The notes under the pieces: generated by a model
What the model was told of the DNA's origin: nothing
What the model saw: only the letters and a program-made list of their open reading frames with translations
Database searches by the model: none
Program-made: the position numbers and the translations under genes
Shown here: positions 26,691-43,668 of the stretch, in pieces
How positions within the stretch are numbered: position 1 is the first letter of the stretch
How the letters are laid out: the number at the start of each line of letters is the position of its first letter
Assembly (NCBI GenBank): GCA_964016885.1
Contig: OZ024765.1
Coordinates: forward strand, 11,842,001 to 11,906,000
Direction of reading: 5' to 3'
Origin: Eledone cirrhosa
Taxonomy: Eukaryota
Length of the DNA stretch: 64,000 nt

Positions 26691-26814
26691 AAAGCAAGTT
26701 TGACCCCAGCCGGGATCTGCACTGGGATCCCATCCACTTGGAACTCCTGGCACAACATTACCCAACTGTCATCATCCATTCATATACAAGTACTTGATCA
26801 AGAAATTTATCTTA

Positions 26815-27236
26815 TATCAACAGCGATGTTGCATGGTAGTGAGACCTGGGCGCTGAAGGTGGAAGACTTACGTAGATTAGAGAGAAACGAAGCCTGCATG
26901 CTCCGATGGATGTGTAACAGTAATATACGTGAACGACAAAGCATAAAGGAATTGAGAGAGAGACTGAGCATAAGTGGAATCAAATGCTGCGTGCAGGAGA
27001 GGCGGTTACGCTGGTATGGACATGTGATGCGTATGAAGGATGACAGCTGCATAAAAAGGTGCAGAGCACTAGAAGTTGATGGAAACCGCGGAGTGGGGAG
27101 ACCCAAGATGACTTGGGATGAGGTGATAAAAGCCGACCTTACCCAACTACACCTCTCAAAGACAATGACACACGACCGTGACTTCTGGCGTCACGCAGTA
27201 ATACAGGGTACCCGACCTCCCATGGGTACATGCTGA
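26815..27236 (+). pseudogene. RTE-clade LINE ORF C-terminal fragment
   Basis: TAMLHGSETWALKVEDLRRLERNEACMLRWMCN...RRLRWYGHVMRM...RGVGRPKMTW...DRDFWR. Confidence 0.9.
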
Positions 27237-27269
27237 AGCATATAAACAATATGCCCCCCCCCCCCCCAC

Positions 27270-27538
27270 CGCAAGGTGGTCGTGGAGGTGCCACGGCAAA
27301 AAAGCACCCAGCCCACACTGTAAAGTGGACGTGTAGGCGCCACGAAAAAGCACCCAGCACTCACTGTAAATGAGGTTGGTGTTAGGAAGGGCATCCAGCT
27401 GTAGAAATCAAGCCAGATCAGTTCCTGTATGAGCAAGGCATGGTCAGCCGACCAGACACTGCCCACAACAGGACAACCCGTCTAACCCATGCTAGCGTGG
27501 AAGAACGGACGTAAAACGGTGATGATGATGATGATGAT
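27270..27538 (+). mobile_element. RTE-like 3' tail of the type shared with SINE family B
   Basis: ggtgccacggcaaaaaagcaccca...ggaagggcatccagctgtagaaatc...cccatgctagcgtggaagaacggacgtaaaac...(gat)n, directly downstream of the RTE ORF end. Confidence 0.75.
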
Positions 27539-27592
27539 CAAATTTCTCTGTCGGAATATCTTATTCTAAATATCTATCCATGCCAAAAGTTC

Positions 27593-27625
27593 ATAGCCAA
27601 TTTCTTGCTCTCTCTCTCATAGCCA

Positions 27626-27662
<37 letters not shown>

Positions 27663-27691
27663 CCAATTTCTTGCTCTCTCTCTCATAGCCA

Positions 27692-27732
<41 letters not shown>

Positions 27733-27970
27733 CCAATTTCTTGCTCTCTCTCTCTGTCATAGCCAATTTCTTGCTCTCTCTCTCATAGCCAATTTCTCTC
27801 TCTCTCTCATTCAGTATCTCGTTCTCTTGCTCTCATAGCCAGTCTCTCTCTCTCTCTCCCTCTGTATCTCTCGTTCTCTCTATCATTCTCTCTTACCGTC
27901 TCATTCTCTCTCTATCATTCTCCCGTTTTATCTCTCTCTCTCTCTCTCTCTGTATGATTCTCTCGCTCCC
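27593..27970. repeat. (CT)n tract punctuated by catagccaattt anchors
   Basis: The anchor recurs about 8 times. Confidence 0.85.
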
Positions 27971-28299
27971 TCTGAGTCTATTATTGTAATCCCCTTAAAA
28001 CAACAGACATAACACTTAAATAAAAGTGATGGAATCAACACATTGTTATTTGACATATCATAACTGAAGCCAGGGGGAGATAAGCAAGACAAACATTAGC
28101 TAAATTAACCACTCTTAGTTTTGTTTGTTTTACATGTCTTACATAAATAAACTCTGGCATCAAATCTTATCTATTCTCCTTCAGAAGCAAATCTTATTTT
28201 GACATTAAAAATGATATCTACTATAGACACAAGGCCGCAAGGCCGAGTAATTTTGAAGGAGGGGAAAGTCAATTAAATCGATCCGCAGTACTGAACTGG

Positions 28300-29015
28300 T
28301 GGTTAAAGTGTCTCAGGAAAGAATCACTGGACAGATTTTATGCGAAAAAACTAACCTATGGTCATGAATCTTGGGTAATGACCGAAAGAATACGATCGCG
28401 AATACAAGCAGCTGAAATGGGACTCCTCTGAAGGGTCTTTGGAGTAATGTTACTTGATAAGGTACATAGCTCGGAGATCAGAGACTCACTCCAGGTAGAA
28501 CTGCTACTTCTCTGAATTGGGAGATCAAATCTCCGATAATATGGACATGTGGTTAGAATGTCTCAGGAAAGAATTGCTGGAGATATTTGTAGCTTGGAGA
28601 TCAGAGAGTCACTCCAGGTAGAGCTGCTACTTCTCTGAATTGAGAGATCACAGCTCTGATACTATGGGCATATTGTTAGAATGTCTGAGGAAAGAATCAC
28701 TGGACATATTTGTAGTTCAGAGATCAAAGAGTCACTCCAGGTAGAGCCATTACTTCTCTGAATTGAGAGATCACAGCTCTGATACTATGGATATGTGGTT
28801 AGAATGTCTCAGGAAAGAATCTCTGGACAGATTTTATGGGATAAACCAATTGGTAGGAGACCCAGGAGCAGACCCTGAGCAAGATGGTTGGATAACATCC
28901 ATGAGCTTGGCTGGTCAAGCTTGGGGATCCAGCCAGATTAGTTGGAGACGGTTGCTTCTGACAGGACCCACTGGAAATAGTGTTTGAGGACTCTGCCCCC
29001 ATGACCCTCTCAGGT
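28300..29015 (+). pseudogene. Decayed RTE-clade LINE 3' fragment with an internal 123-bp triplication
   Basis: LTYGHESWVMTERIRSRIQAAEMGLL*RVFGV...YGHVVRM with in-frame stops; gagatca recurs at 28474, 28597 and 28720. Confidence 0.8.
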
Positions 29016-29182
29016 ATAAGTGAGAGAAGTCTTGCTCTCTCTCTCTCTCACTCACTCCTTCTCTTGTTCTCTCTGTCTCTCAATCTCTCTCTCTCATTCT
29101 CCATCTCTCTCTGTCTCTCTCTCTCTTTCTCTCTCTCACTCCTTCTCTTGCTCTCTCTCTCAAATAGAATGATAGTGATAAT

Positions 29183-29582
29183 AATTGTTTCTACTTTAGG
29201 CACAAGGCCAGCAATTACCCAGTACATTACTGGTACTTTATTTTATCGACCCCGTATGGATGAAAGGCAAAGTTAACCTCGGCGGGATTTGAACTCAGAT
29301 CATAAAGGGACGTAACTCTATGCTGGAAAGCATGTCCGAGCCTCTACTGATACTGCCAATTCACCGAATAATGGTTTCTGATTTAGGCACAAGGCGAAAC
29401 TTTTGAAAGGAAGGGGAAAGTTGATCAAATTGACCCCAGTGTATTACTGGTTCTTTTTTTATCGACCCCTTGGGGATGAAATGCAAAGCTAACCTTGATG
29501 GGATTTGAACTCAGACCTTAAACAACTTTAACTATAAGATGCAATGCATAGTGTCCGACACTCTACCGATTATACCAACCCT
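29183..29582 (-). mobile_element. Two tandem SINE-A copies (second is an older, longer subfamily)
   Basis: Consensus motifs on the minus strand. Confidence 0.8.
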
Positions 29583-29594
29583 CCTACTTTAGCT

Positions 29595-30030
29595 ATGACG
29601 ATGATGATGGTGATGATGATAATGCTGCTGTTGCTGTAGATGGTGATGATGACGATGATGGTGATGATGACGATGATGGTGATGATGACAATGATGGTGA
29701 TGGTGATGATGGTGATGACAATGATGATGATGATGATGATGATGATGATGGTGATGACAATGACAATGATGATGATGATGATGATGATGGTGATGACAAT
29801 GATGAGATGAAGAAAACAATGATGATGATGACAATGCTGCTGTTGCTGTAGATCATCATCATCATCATCATCATGACAATGATGATGATGATGATGTTCA
29901 TGATGATGACGACGACAATGATAATGGCAATGATGGTGATGACAATGATGGTGATGACAATGATGGTGATGACAATGATGGTGATGACAATGATGGTGAT
30001 GACGATGATGATGATGATAATGATGATGAC
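29595..30030. repeat. (GAT)n-type tract
   Basis: Direct reading. Confidence 0.9.
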
Positions 30031-30699
30031 AACAGCTATATGCTAGCGATGACCTCACCATGTGTATATAACAGGTTGTGTTAAACCTTTATACTGTTAT
30101 CAGACACACAGACAGAGACATCCAGACCTAGGGTTAACAGATCAATATTTGCAATCATTGGCTCGAAAATAATTTGGTGACCAACCCCCCCCAATACACC
30201 CCCCACCCCCACCCCTCCCCTCACACACACACAGAAAATAAATTTAAAAAAAATAAAAATAAAAAATTAAAAAAAAAATTAAGAAATAAAAATAAGAAAT
30301 AAAATTTAAAAAAATAAATAATTATATTTTTAAAAGATATATAACAATAAAATAAATTAAAAAATAAACAAATAAATAATGATAAAATTAAAAAATAAAT
30401 AAATAAGATAAAAATTCTAAAAATTAATAAAGTCAAAAGTCACGAAGAAAATTATAAGAAAAAACAATTTTTTTTTTTTAAAGTGAGAAATAAATAATGA
30501 AAAAAATTAATGAAGCAAAATTAATTTTCTTAAGATATTTAAATTAATTTTGCTTATTGGAAAAATGTTCATATTTAATCAGGATATTAAAAATTGTGAA
30601 CTTTGGGAAAAATGAAATTGGAGTGTTTGTTTATTTGTTTGTTTGGTTTTTGCACTTTTTAAACACTAGTTTATCATCATCACCATCATTATTATGTCG

Positions 30700-31060
30700 G
30701 CCATTGGTTTGGCAGTATCGGTAGAGCGTCAGACACCATGCTTTGCAACATAGTTATGGCCCTTTGCATTCTGAGTTCAAATCTGCCAAGGTTAACTTTG
30801 CCTTTCATCCTTACGAGGTCGATAAAATAAAGTACCAGTAATGCACTGGGGTAATCGCTGGCCTTGTGCCAAACATAGAAACTATAGGGCGGTGGATTGG
30901 CAGTATCGGTAGAGGGTCGGACACCATGCTTTGAAGCATAGAGTTACCTCCCTTTATGATCTGAGGTTAACTTTGCCTTTCATCCTTACAGAGTCAATAA
31001 AATAAAGTACCAGTAATGAACTGGGTAATTGCTGGCCTTGTGCCAAAGTAGAAACAATTA
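30700..31060 (+). mobile_element. Two tandem SINE-A copies
   Basis: tggcagtatcggtagag heads at ~30710 and ~30898. Confidence 0.8.
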
Positions 31061-31349
31061 TTAATGACACTGGTCCACTAATCTTTAGCAAAAAAAAAAA
31101 AAATAATAACAACAAATGCCACAAAACATTTTGTTTGACATTCTGCCAATTCCAAGAACGCCCAACCCCACCTCAATTGCTGGCCTTGTACCAAAAGTAG
31201 AAACAATTATTATTATTGTTATTCTTTGAGTGTCAGTCATTGATGTTATTTAATTGGAAAGTTTGTCCAAATGAACATCAAGCTGCTACCTGCAGCCTCA
31301 GATATTCAGGATGTATCGGAGGGTTCTTGCTGTTCCCAGCAAGCATGCT

Positions 31350-31600
31350 TTTTGAAGGTCACAAATGACCATGGTATTTGCACATAGAAAGTCCTTCTCT
31401 GAGGCACAAGTCCGGGCAAGGTTGTTTGTGGAGGCCCAGCAGTCACCCACACATACCAATCTCCCCTCTCCACGTCACTGATGCTGTCCAAGGGAAAGGC
31501 AATGGCTGATACAGCTGAGTAAACTGGACCAACATGAAATAAAGTGTCTCGTTCAAGGACACAACACATTATCCGATCCGAGAATCAAATTCCCCTCACG
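31350..31600 (-). mobile_element. CORE-type SINE with a different 3' tail (family C), decayed
   Basis: CORE-like gtgtccttgaacgagacactttatttca followed by ccttggacagcatcagtgacgtggagagggg...aaccttgcccggacttgtgcctc. Confidence 0.55.
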
Positions 31601-31879
31601 ATAGTAAGCTTGTTGTAGAAGTTTTCATAGAAGAACAAAAATTTTGTCACTTAGCACAATACTTTAAGCAAACTAAAATACCTACCTTCCATCATAATTT
31701 ATTTTAGATATTTTTGTTAAGTAATGTTCTAAATACCAGCTTACTAACGAATAACTTAGTTATTCTATTAGATTCCTGCAAATGCTTGGTTATTTTCAAA
31801 ATTAACTGAAATAGATTCTGACAGAAGAAATATAAATTGTGTTAACACAAAGATGTCTGAAACCAATTATTGTTACAAA

Positions 31880-32450
31880 GGACAGTGGATTGGCAGTATC
31901 GGTAGAGCGTCAGACATTATGCTTTGTGGCATACAGTTATGGCCCTTTATATTCTGTGTTCAAATCCCGCTAAGGTAAGATTTGCCTTTCATCCTTACGG
32001 GGTCGATAAAATAAAGTACCAGTAATGCACTGGAATCGATTCAGTTGACTTCCCCCCCCCCCTTCAGTTCAAATTGCTGGCCTTGTATCAAATGTAGAAA
32101 GAATTATCGTAACTGGCAGAATCGGTAGAGTGTCAGACACCCTACTTCAAGGCATAGAGTTACAGACCTTTACATTTTTCAATTCAAATCCGGCCAAGGT
32201 TAACTTTGCCTTTCATCCTTACGGGGTCGATAAAATAAAGTACCAGTAACATACTGGGGTCGATTTAATCGACTTTCCCCTCTCCCCAAATTACTGGCCT
32301 TGTGCCTATACTAGAAATCATTATTATTAGTATTATTATTTTCTGGATTGGCAGTATCGGACGCCATGCTTTGCAGCATAGAGTTACGGCCCTTTACGGT
32401 ATGAGTTCAAATCCCGCCGAGGTTAACTTTGCTTTTCATTCCTACGAGGG
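31880..32450 (+). mobile_element. Three tandem SINE-A copies
   Basis: Heads at ~31885, ~32113 and ~32345. Confidence 0.8.
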
Positions 32451-33160
32451 CGATAAAATAAAGTACCAGTAATACACTCGGACAATTGCTGGCCTTGTGC
32501 CTAAAGTAGAAACAATTATTATTTTACAGGGTCAATAAAATAAAGTACCAGTAATACACTCGGACAATTGCTGGCCTTGTGCCTAAAGTAGAAACAATTA
32601 TTATTTTACAGGGTCAATAAAATAAAGTACCAGTAATACACTCGGACAATTGCTGGCCTAAAGTAGAAACAATTATTATTTTACAGGGTCAATAAAATAA
32701 AGTACCAGTAATACACTCGGACAATTGCTGGCCTTGTGCCTAAAGTAGAAACAATTATTATTTTACAGGGTCAATAAAATAAAGTACCAGTAATACACTC
32801 GGACAATTGCTGGCCTTGTGCCTAAAGTAGAAACAATTATTATTTTACAGGGTCAATAAAATAAAGTACCAGTAATACACTCGGACAATTGCTGGCCTTG
32901 TGCCTAAAGTAGAAACAATTATTATTTTACAGGGTCAATAAAATAAAGTACCAGTTAATACACTCGGACAATTGCTGGCCTAAAGTAGAAACAATTATTA
33001 TTTTACAGGGTCAATAAAATAAAGTACCAGTAATACACTCGGACAATTGCTGGCCTTGTGCCTAAAGTAGAAACAATTATTATTTTACAGGGTCAATAAA
33101 ATAAAGTACCAGTAATACACTCGGACAATTGCTGGCCTTGTGCCCAAAGTAGAAACAATT
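32450..33160 (+). repeat. 82-bp tandem array (~9 copies) derived from the SINE-A 3' half
   Basis: acagggtcaataaaataaagtaccagtaatacactcggacaattgctggccttgtgcctaaagtagaaacaattattatttt. Unit starts at 32526, 32608, 32683, 32765, 32847, 32929, 33005 and 33087. Confidence 0.95.
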
Positions 33161-33439
33161 GTTGTTTTGTCCATGTTTTTTTGTGTTTGCAGCTCGTAAA
33201 TTAAGTCTATCTTAATGGCCATAACGAGTGTTTAAGTAAGATACTTTAATATAACTCCTCTCTTCTCCTCATAGTCTTAAGATGACAGAGGGAAGTGGGA
33301 GTGGGGAGGTGGGGAAGGGGACCTGACAGAGGGAAGTGGCAGTGGGGAGGAGGGGGGAAGGGGACCTCGTTGATAGATAATTTAAATGTTTCCACTAACG
33401 AATGTGAAATCTATTTTCAATCTAGACACTAACATTCAA

Positions 33440-33594
33440 TACCTTTCTTCTCTCTCTCTCTCTCTCTCTTTCTTTTACTCTCAGTCTCTCTCACACTTTT
33501 TCTCTCTCTCTCTCTCGCTCTGTCTCTCTCTCACACTTTTCTTCTCTCTCTCTCTCCCTCTCTCTTTTACTCTCAGTCTCTCTCATACTTTTCT

Positions 33595-33629
<35 letters not shown>

Positions 33630-33688
33630 CACTTTTCTTCTCTCTCTCTCCCTCTCTCTTTTACTCTCAGTCTCTCTCACACTTTTCT

Positions 33689-33722
<34 letters not shown>

Positions 33723-33867
33723 ACACTTTTCTTCTCTCTCTCTCCCTCTCTCTTTTACTCTCAGTCTCTCTCACACTTTTCTTCTCTCTCTCTCTCTCTC
33801 TTTTACTCTGTCTCTCTCACACTTTTCTTCTCTCTCTCTCTTTTACTCTCAGTCTCTCTCACACTTT

Positions 33868-33904
<37 letters not shown>

Positions 33905-33925
33905 TCTCAGTCTCTCTCACACTTT

Positions 33926-33962
<37 letters not shown>

Positions 33963-33983
33963 TCTCAGTCTCTCTCACACTTT

Positions 33984-34026
<43 letters not shown>

Positions 34027-34080
34027 TCTCAGTCTCTCTCACACTTTTCTTCTCTCTCTCTCTCTCTCTCTCCCTCTCTT
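33440..34080. repeat. (CT)n array with alternating anchors ttttactctcagtctctc and acacttttcttc
   Basis: Direct reading. Confidence 0.9.
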
Positions 34081-35169
34081 CTCACTATCACAGCCATCCC
34101 ATCCTATTCAATCCCACCAACAACAACAGGACCATCACCGTCATCACCACCACCACCACTTACACCACCACCTACACCAACGCCACCACTACAACACCAC
34201 CACCACCAACGCCACCACTACAACACCACCACCACCAACACCACCACCACCAACACCAACACCTACACCAACAACACCACCACTACACACCAACACCAAC
34301 ACCACCACCACCACCACCTACACCAACACTACAACACCAACACCACCACCACCAACAAAACACCACCACCACCACATGGTCAGCTAGTTCAATGCAAACT
34401 TCAGTGGATGTTAACACCTGTTGAACACACACATGCACACACACACACACACGTGTGCATGCAGACACATACACACGCATGTGCACATACACATAGACAC
34501 AAACACATACTCAAATGCAAACACAAAGCTCATCAATCACCCCCACCTCACCACACCATCATACCACCGTCTCCATCTCCCCAACAGCACTATTTTCACC
34601 ACCACCACCACCACTACCCCTACCACCACCACTACCCCCTACCACCATTACCACTACCCACCCACCATTACCACTACCCACCCACCCACCACTACCACTA
34701 CCCACCCACCACCACCACCATTAGCACTACTACCGCCACCACCACTAAGATCAGCACCACCACCACCACCACCACCACCACGACCACCACCACGACCACC
34801 ACCACTACTACCACCACCACGACCTCCACCACTACTACCATCACCACCACCACCACCACCACCACCACCACCACCACCACCACCACCACCACCACCACCA
34901 CCACCACTACCACCACCATACCATCCATGTCAGGCTTATGAAATAAAATGTAATGACCGGATAATTGTGGAAAAGATAGATTGATGATATCGCATCTAGG
35001 AATAGACATTTCTAATTCATAGAGTGGTTATTGTGACCACTGTCACTACCACCTATACAGTCACTTCCACCTACACCACTGACACTACCACCTACACCAC
35101 CACAACAGTTACCACTACCAACACTACCATTGTCCCCTGCACCATCACAGCTACTCTCAGAACTTCAAA

Positions 35170-36050
35170 TACCACCACCACCACCAACAGTGGTACCCCA
35201 ACACCACAACTACTACTACCACCACCACCACCAAGAGTGGTACCCCAACACCACAACTACTACTACCACCACCACCACCGCCACCAACAGTGGTACCCCA
35301 ACACCACAACTACTACTACCACCACCACCACCAACAGTGGTACCCCAACACCACAACTACTACTACCACCACCACCACCAACAGTGGTACCCCAACACCA
35401 CAACTACTACTACCACCACCACCACCACCACCAACAGTGGTACCCCAACACCACAACTACTACTACCACCACCACCACCAACAGTGGTACCCCAACACCA
35501 CAACTACTACTACCACCACCACCACCACCACCAAGAGTGGTACCCCAACACCACAACTACTACTACCACCACCAAGAGTGGTACCCCAACACCACAACTA
35601 CTACTACCACCACCACCACCAAGAGTGGTACCCCAACACCACAACTACTACTACCACCACCACCACCACCACCAACAGTGGTACCCCAACACCACAACTA
35701 CTACTACCACCACCACCACCAAGAGTGGTACCCCAACACCACAACTACTACTACCACCACCACCACCACCACCACCAACAGTGGTACCCCAACACCACAA
35801 CTACTACTACCACCACCAAGAGTGGTACCCCAACACCACAACTACTACTACCACCACCACCACCAAGAGTGGTACCCCAACACCACAACTACTACTACCA
35901 CCACCACCACCACCACCAACAGTGGTACCCCAACACCACAACTACTACCACCACCACCACCACCACCAACAGTGGTACCCCAACACCACAACTACTACCA
36001 CCACCACCACCACCACCAAGAGTGGTACCCCAACACCACAACTACCATTA
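35170..36050. repeat. Minisatellite: constant agtggtaccccaacaccacaactactac plus variable (ACC)n
   Basis: About 19 units; aac/aag dimorphism just before the anchor. Confidence 0.95.
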
Positions 36051-36326
36051 TCAGCCACACCATACCACCACCTCCTCAATTAACACTACCACTACCACCA
36101 CCACCACCACCACCACAACTACTACCACTATTGCAGCTTCCAACCATCCGCCACCAACACCCACATTACTACCACCACTACCACCATCACCAACGCTATA
36201 ACCACCAAAATTACCACCACCACAACTACCACCACCAACACTACCACCACCACAACTACCACCACCAACACTACCACCACCACAACAACTACCACCACCA
36301 ACACTACCACCACCATAACTATCACC

Positions 36327-36358
<32 letters not shown>

Positions 36359-36500
36359 AAGCACCACACAGTTGCCAACACCACATGCATCACATTCACA
36401 CTTATACATACAGAAACACACACACACACACATATATATATATACTTGTATACACATACACACACATATATATATATATATATACGCACACACTCATTTA

Positions 36501-36568
<68 letters not shown>

Positions 36569-36611
36569 GCACACACATTTATATATATATACACACACAC
36601 ATATATACCCC

Positions 36612-36666
<55 letters not shown>

Positions 36667-36747
36667 ATATATTTATATATATACAATCCATGCTAGCATG
36701 AAAGATGGACGTTAATCGATGACGATGATTATATATATATATATATA

Positions 36748-36786
<39 letters not shown>

Positions 36787-36814
36787 ATATATATATATAT
36801 ATACCTCTATCTAT

Positions 36815-36851
<37 letters not shown>

Positions 36852-36859
36852 GCTCTATC

Positions 36860-36946
<87 letters not shown>

Positions 36947-36967
36947 ATATATATATATACCTCTATC

Positions 36968-37006
<39 letters not shown>

Positions 37007-37116
37007 CTATATATATATATACCTCTATCTATATATATATACATATATATATATATAGACCTCTCTCTATATATATATACCTATATATATAAATATATAT
37101 ATATATACCTATATAA

Positions 37117-37165
<49 letters not shown>

Positions 37166-37319
37166 CTTATATATATACATATATATATATATATACTTAT
37201 ATATATATATACTTATATATATATACATAAGAAACACAGCAGCTGAAAACTAAATTACATATTCCACCACAACCATCACTGCCACCCCTACCACTACTGC
37301 CTTCACCAGAGCCAATGCC

Positions 37320-37505
37320 ATCTCCACCACAACCATTGTTATCATCATCATCACCAACAGCACGCCAACCACCACCATGTCCACCACAACCATTGTTATC
37401 ATCATCATCACCAACAGCACGCCAACCACCACAATTTCCACCACAACCATTGTTATCATCATCATCACCAACAGCACGCCAACCACCACCATGTCCACCA
37501 CAACA
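37320..37505. repeat. 60-bp tandem repeat, 3 copies
   Basis: ccaccacaaccattgttatcatcatcatcaccaacagcacgccaaccacc... Confidence 0.85.
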
Positions 37506-37629
37506 CTAATATTACCATCAGCACTACCTACGTCACAACAACAAGCTGCTCTGGTTGCTAGAAATAGCAACCAAACAGCCCTCAAAATGCACTCAACATG
37601 ATAATTGTTTCTATTTTAGGCACACAATT

Positions 37630-37912
37630 TTTATGTGAGACAAAATAATTCTGTGAGGAAATACAATAGTAAATATAGAGCAATGTAAATGCTAAAGGGT
37701 TAAACCAGCCATATCCGGCCGGAATTCCATCACCCCATTCTGTTCAAACCGACTGTAACCAGCCACTCATACTGATGTTAAGGTATTGTTCTCAACATAA
37801 ATAATATCAAAATCTCATAGATTCAATATTATGTGAGATAATTATGTGAGATAAAGCCTTTACCGTGAAAATACAATAGTATATATAGTTTAATGTAAAT
37901 TGTAAATGGTTA
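37630..37912. mobile_element. piggyBac-like MITE fragments in tandem
   Basis: aatgctaaagggttaa at ~37690-37703, followed by a second body ending taaatggttaa. Confidence 0.6.
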
Positions 37913-37994
37913 AAAAAGCTGAAGCCCACATTACAAAAATACGAAAGAAACCTCTAAGAAAGGCAGCCAGCAAAGCATTATGTTCTGAGTCTCC

Positions 37995-38260
37995 TATCAT
38001 TATCATCATCATCATCATCATCATCGTTTAACGTCCATTTTCCACGCTAACATGAGTCTGGACGGGAATCGTCCCACTTGAGGCAAGATTGGTTGTCTTG
38101 CTCAGGATTGTCTGGTGGGTTTTCTACGGCTGGATGCCCTTCCTAACACCAACCACATTTACAGTGTGGGGCTGGGAGGTTTTTACCGTGTTACCTACAT
38201 GGCCACATTACAGCGCGGACGGTGTGATTTTTTTTGTCGTGACACCTTCACGACCTCATT
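37995..38260 (-). mobile_element. RTE-tailed SINE 3' region
   Basis: Reverse-orientation homologue of 19370-19678. Confidence 0.7.
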
Positions 38261-38840
38261 TATTTAATAATAAAAAAACATGCAAGGTACATGCTATGAG
38301 ATACACCCGGTGATATATTATGTTCTTGAGCAAGATGTTCCATCCCACATTGCATTTCATGAAAGGACTGGGACCTGCTATCAGAAACTTCCTACCACTC
38401 ACCAAAGAGACCATGTATAAGATACAATATGCTAGGAGATCAGCTAATTCTGTATGTATACATAAATATAATATATATATACACAATATATATATTGTAC
38501 AGAGAGGGTGTGGCAAGATACCAGATGGACCGTAACATAACAGAGTACTCAATACTTAGGGTAGTAGAGTGGGTAATAGGAAAAGCTGTCAAAACAGCCG
38601 GAGCGCACCCACTGGGGTCCTGACTCTTTTCCTATATATATATATATACACAATATATATATATACAATATATTATATATATATATATATAATATACATA
38701 TGCATATTGCAGAAGAGTGTTGTTTATCTTAGTTGTTACGTTATAACTTCCATGAATAACCATGTAACAGAAATATGTATCATGTAATAAACAATTATGG
38801 TGATTTAATCCTATCTTAACTACCATTATTTCATATATAT

Positions 38841-39027
38841 GGGCGGTAGATTGCCAGTATCGGTAGAGAGTCGGACGCCATGCTTTCCAGTGTAGTTACG
38901 TCCCTTTACGATCTGAGTTCAAATCCCGCCGAGGTTGACTTTGCCTTTCATCCTTACGGGGTCGATAAAATAAAGTACCAGTAATGCACTGGGTAATTGC
39001 TGGCCTTGTGCCTAAAGTAGAGACAAT

Positions 39028-39029
<2 letters not shown>
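38841..39029 (+). mobile_element. SINE family A, full length, with ~16-bp TSD
   Basis: TSD attatttcatatatat at 38825-38840 and 39026-39041. Confidence 0.9.
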
Positions 39030-39065
<36 letters not shown>

Positions 39066-39071
39066 GATATT

Positions 39072-39137
39072 AAACAAATGGAAACTATATTTATAAAACC
39101 ATATTTATTTCATTATACATATTTCAGGGATACCATA
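39072..39137 (-). mobile_element. Truncated family H1 copy (3' half of the hammerhead plus flank)
   Basis: Minus strand reads tggtatccct-GAAA-tatgta-TA-atgaaataaatatggttttataaatatagtttccattt. Confidence 0.65.
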
Positions 39138-39140
39138 TTA

Positions 39141-39230
<90 letters not shown>

Positions 39231-40149
39231 GGGGGAGAGAAGGTGAAAATGGAAATATCACGGAAAATTTATTTAAGGGTCTGTTTTTCTTTTTTTTCCT
39301 TTCTATGATGTTTTTTCCCCCTTTTTTTTTGAAAAAATGAGAGGGACAATTCTTTAAAAAAAGAGTTTTATATTGTATATAAAGCATAACCAGTTTCGAT
39401 GTATTAGTAAAATCCATCTTATTAAATGTTGAGTATTACAATTAAAAAGAATTAATAAAAATTGAAAATTAAAGATTTAAAAGTAAGTGTTGAGGGAAGT
39501 TTTTTTCATCTTCCTTGTTGAGAAGGAGACTGGAAAATAAAATGTATATACATATATATCTTTATATACGTATGTGAGATGTAAAGATGTAAATTTACAT
39601 TAATTTCATTTCATTTTGACTTCAATTTCATCCAATTGTCAAAAGCAATGACTGAGCCATTGCAGAGAAAATGGCAGTAGAGGGAGGGAATGCTCCAATG
39701 ACAATAGTGGTGTTGGTGGTGGCAGTGGAGTGATGCTGGAGAGGGGGGATGGGTAAATATTTTCCAACTGTAAATAGCAGACCCCATGTTTGCATATTTC
39801 AAGGAAATACATTATTGACAAAAATCTGTCCTAACAAGGTGTGAATGCAATGGGGTATGGGGGAGGTGGAATAAATTACAGTAGATGGTTATATGCAGTA
39901 CGGGGGTTGATGTTGACGATGGTGGTAGAAAATTTGTAGGGAATCTGGGGTGGTGAGGGTGGGGCAGGAGTTCGGAGTAGACCACAGCGCAAGTAACAAG
40001 ACATGTGAGCGAATAAAAGGTATATATGTGTATATATACAAACACAGATATATACTAATAAAAATATATATATAGATATATACATATAAATATATATCAT
40101 CATGATCATCATTTTACGTCCGCTTTTCAATGCTTGCATGGATACATAA

Positions 40150-43510
<3,361 letters not shown>

Positions 43511-43638
43511 TATACCAATCAGTTGATGACTCCACATTTGGCTAGCTAACAGCTCTCGTACACTATATCACTATATCACTATATCACATGATTTAGTTTA
43601 ATTCTTTGACACACACAAAAGAGAAGCTGACAACTAAT

Positions 43639-43668
43639 GGAACATTCTAGAACGCCAATCAACAGCTG
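43639..43668. promoter_or_regulatory. Perfect 3-unit heat-shock-element motif adjacent to CCAAT and an E-box
   Basis: gGAAc-aTTCt-aGAAc (43639-43653), gCCAATc, CAGCTG, in a non-repetitive island. Motif match only. Confidence 0.3.

Noticed and set aside
35170-36050. CRISPR-like constant repeat with spacers
   Set aside because: The spacers are (ACC)n rather than unique sequence, there are no cas genes, and the context is eukaryotic.
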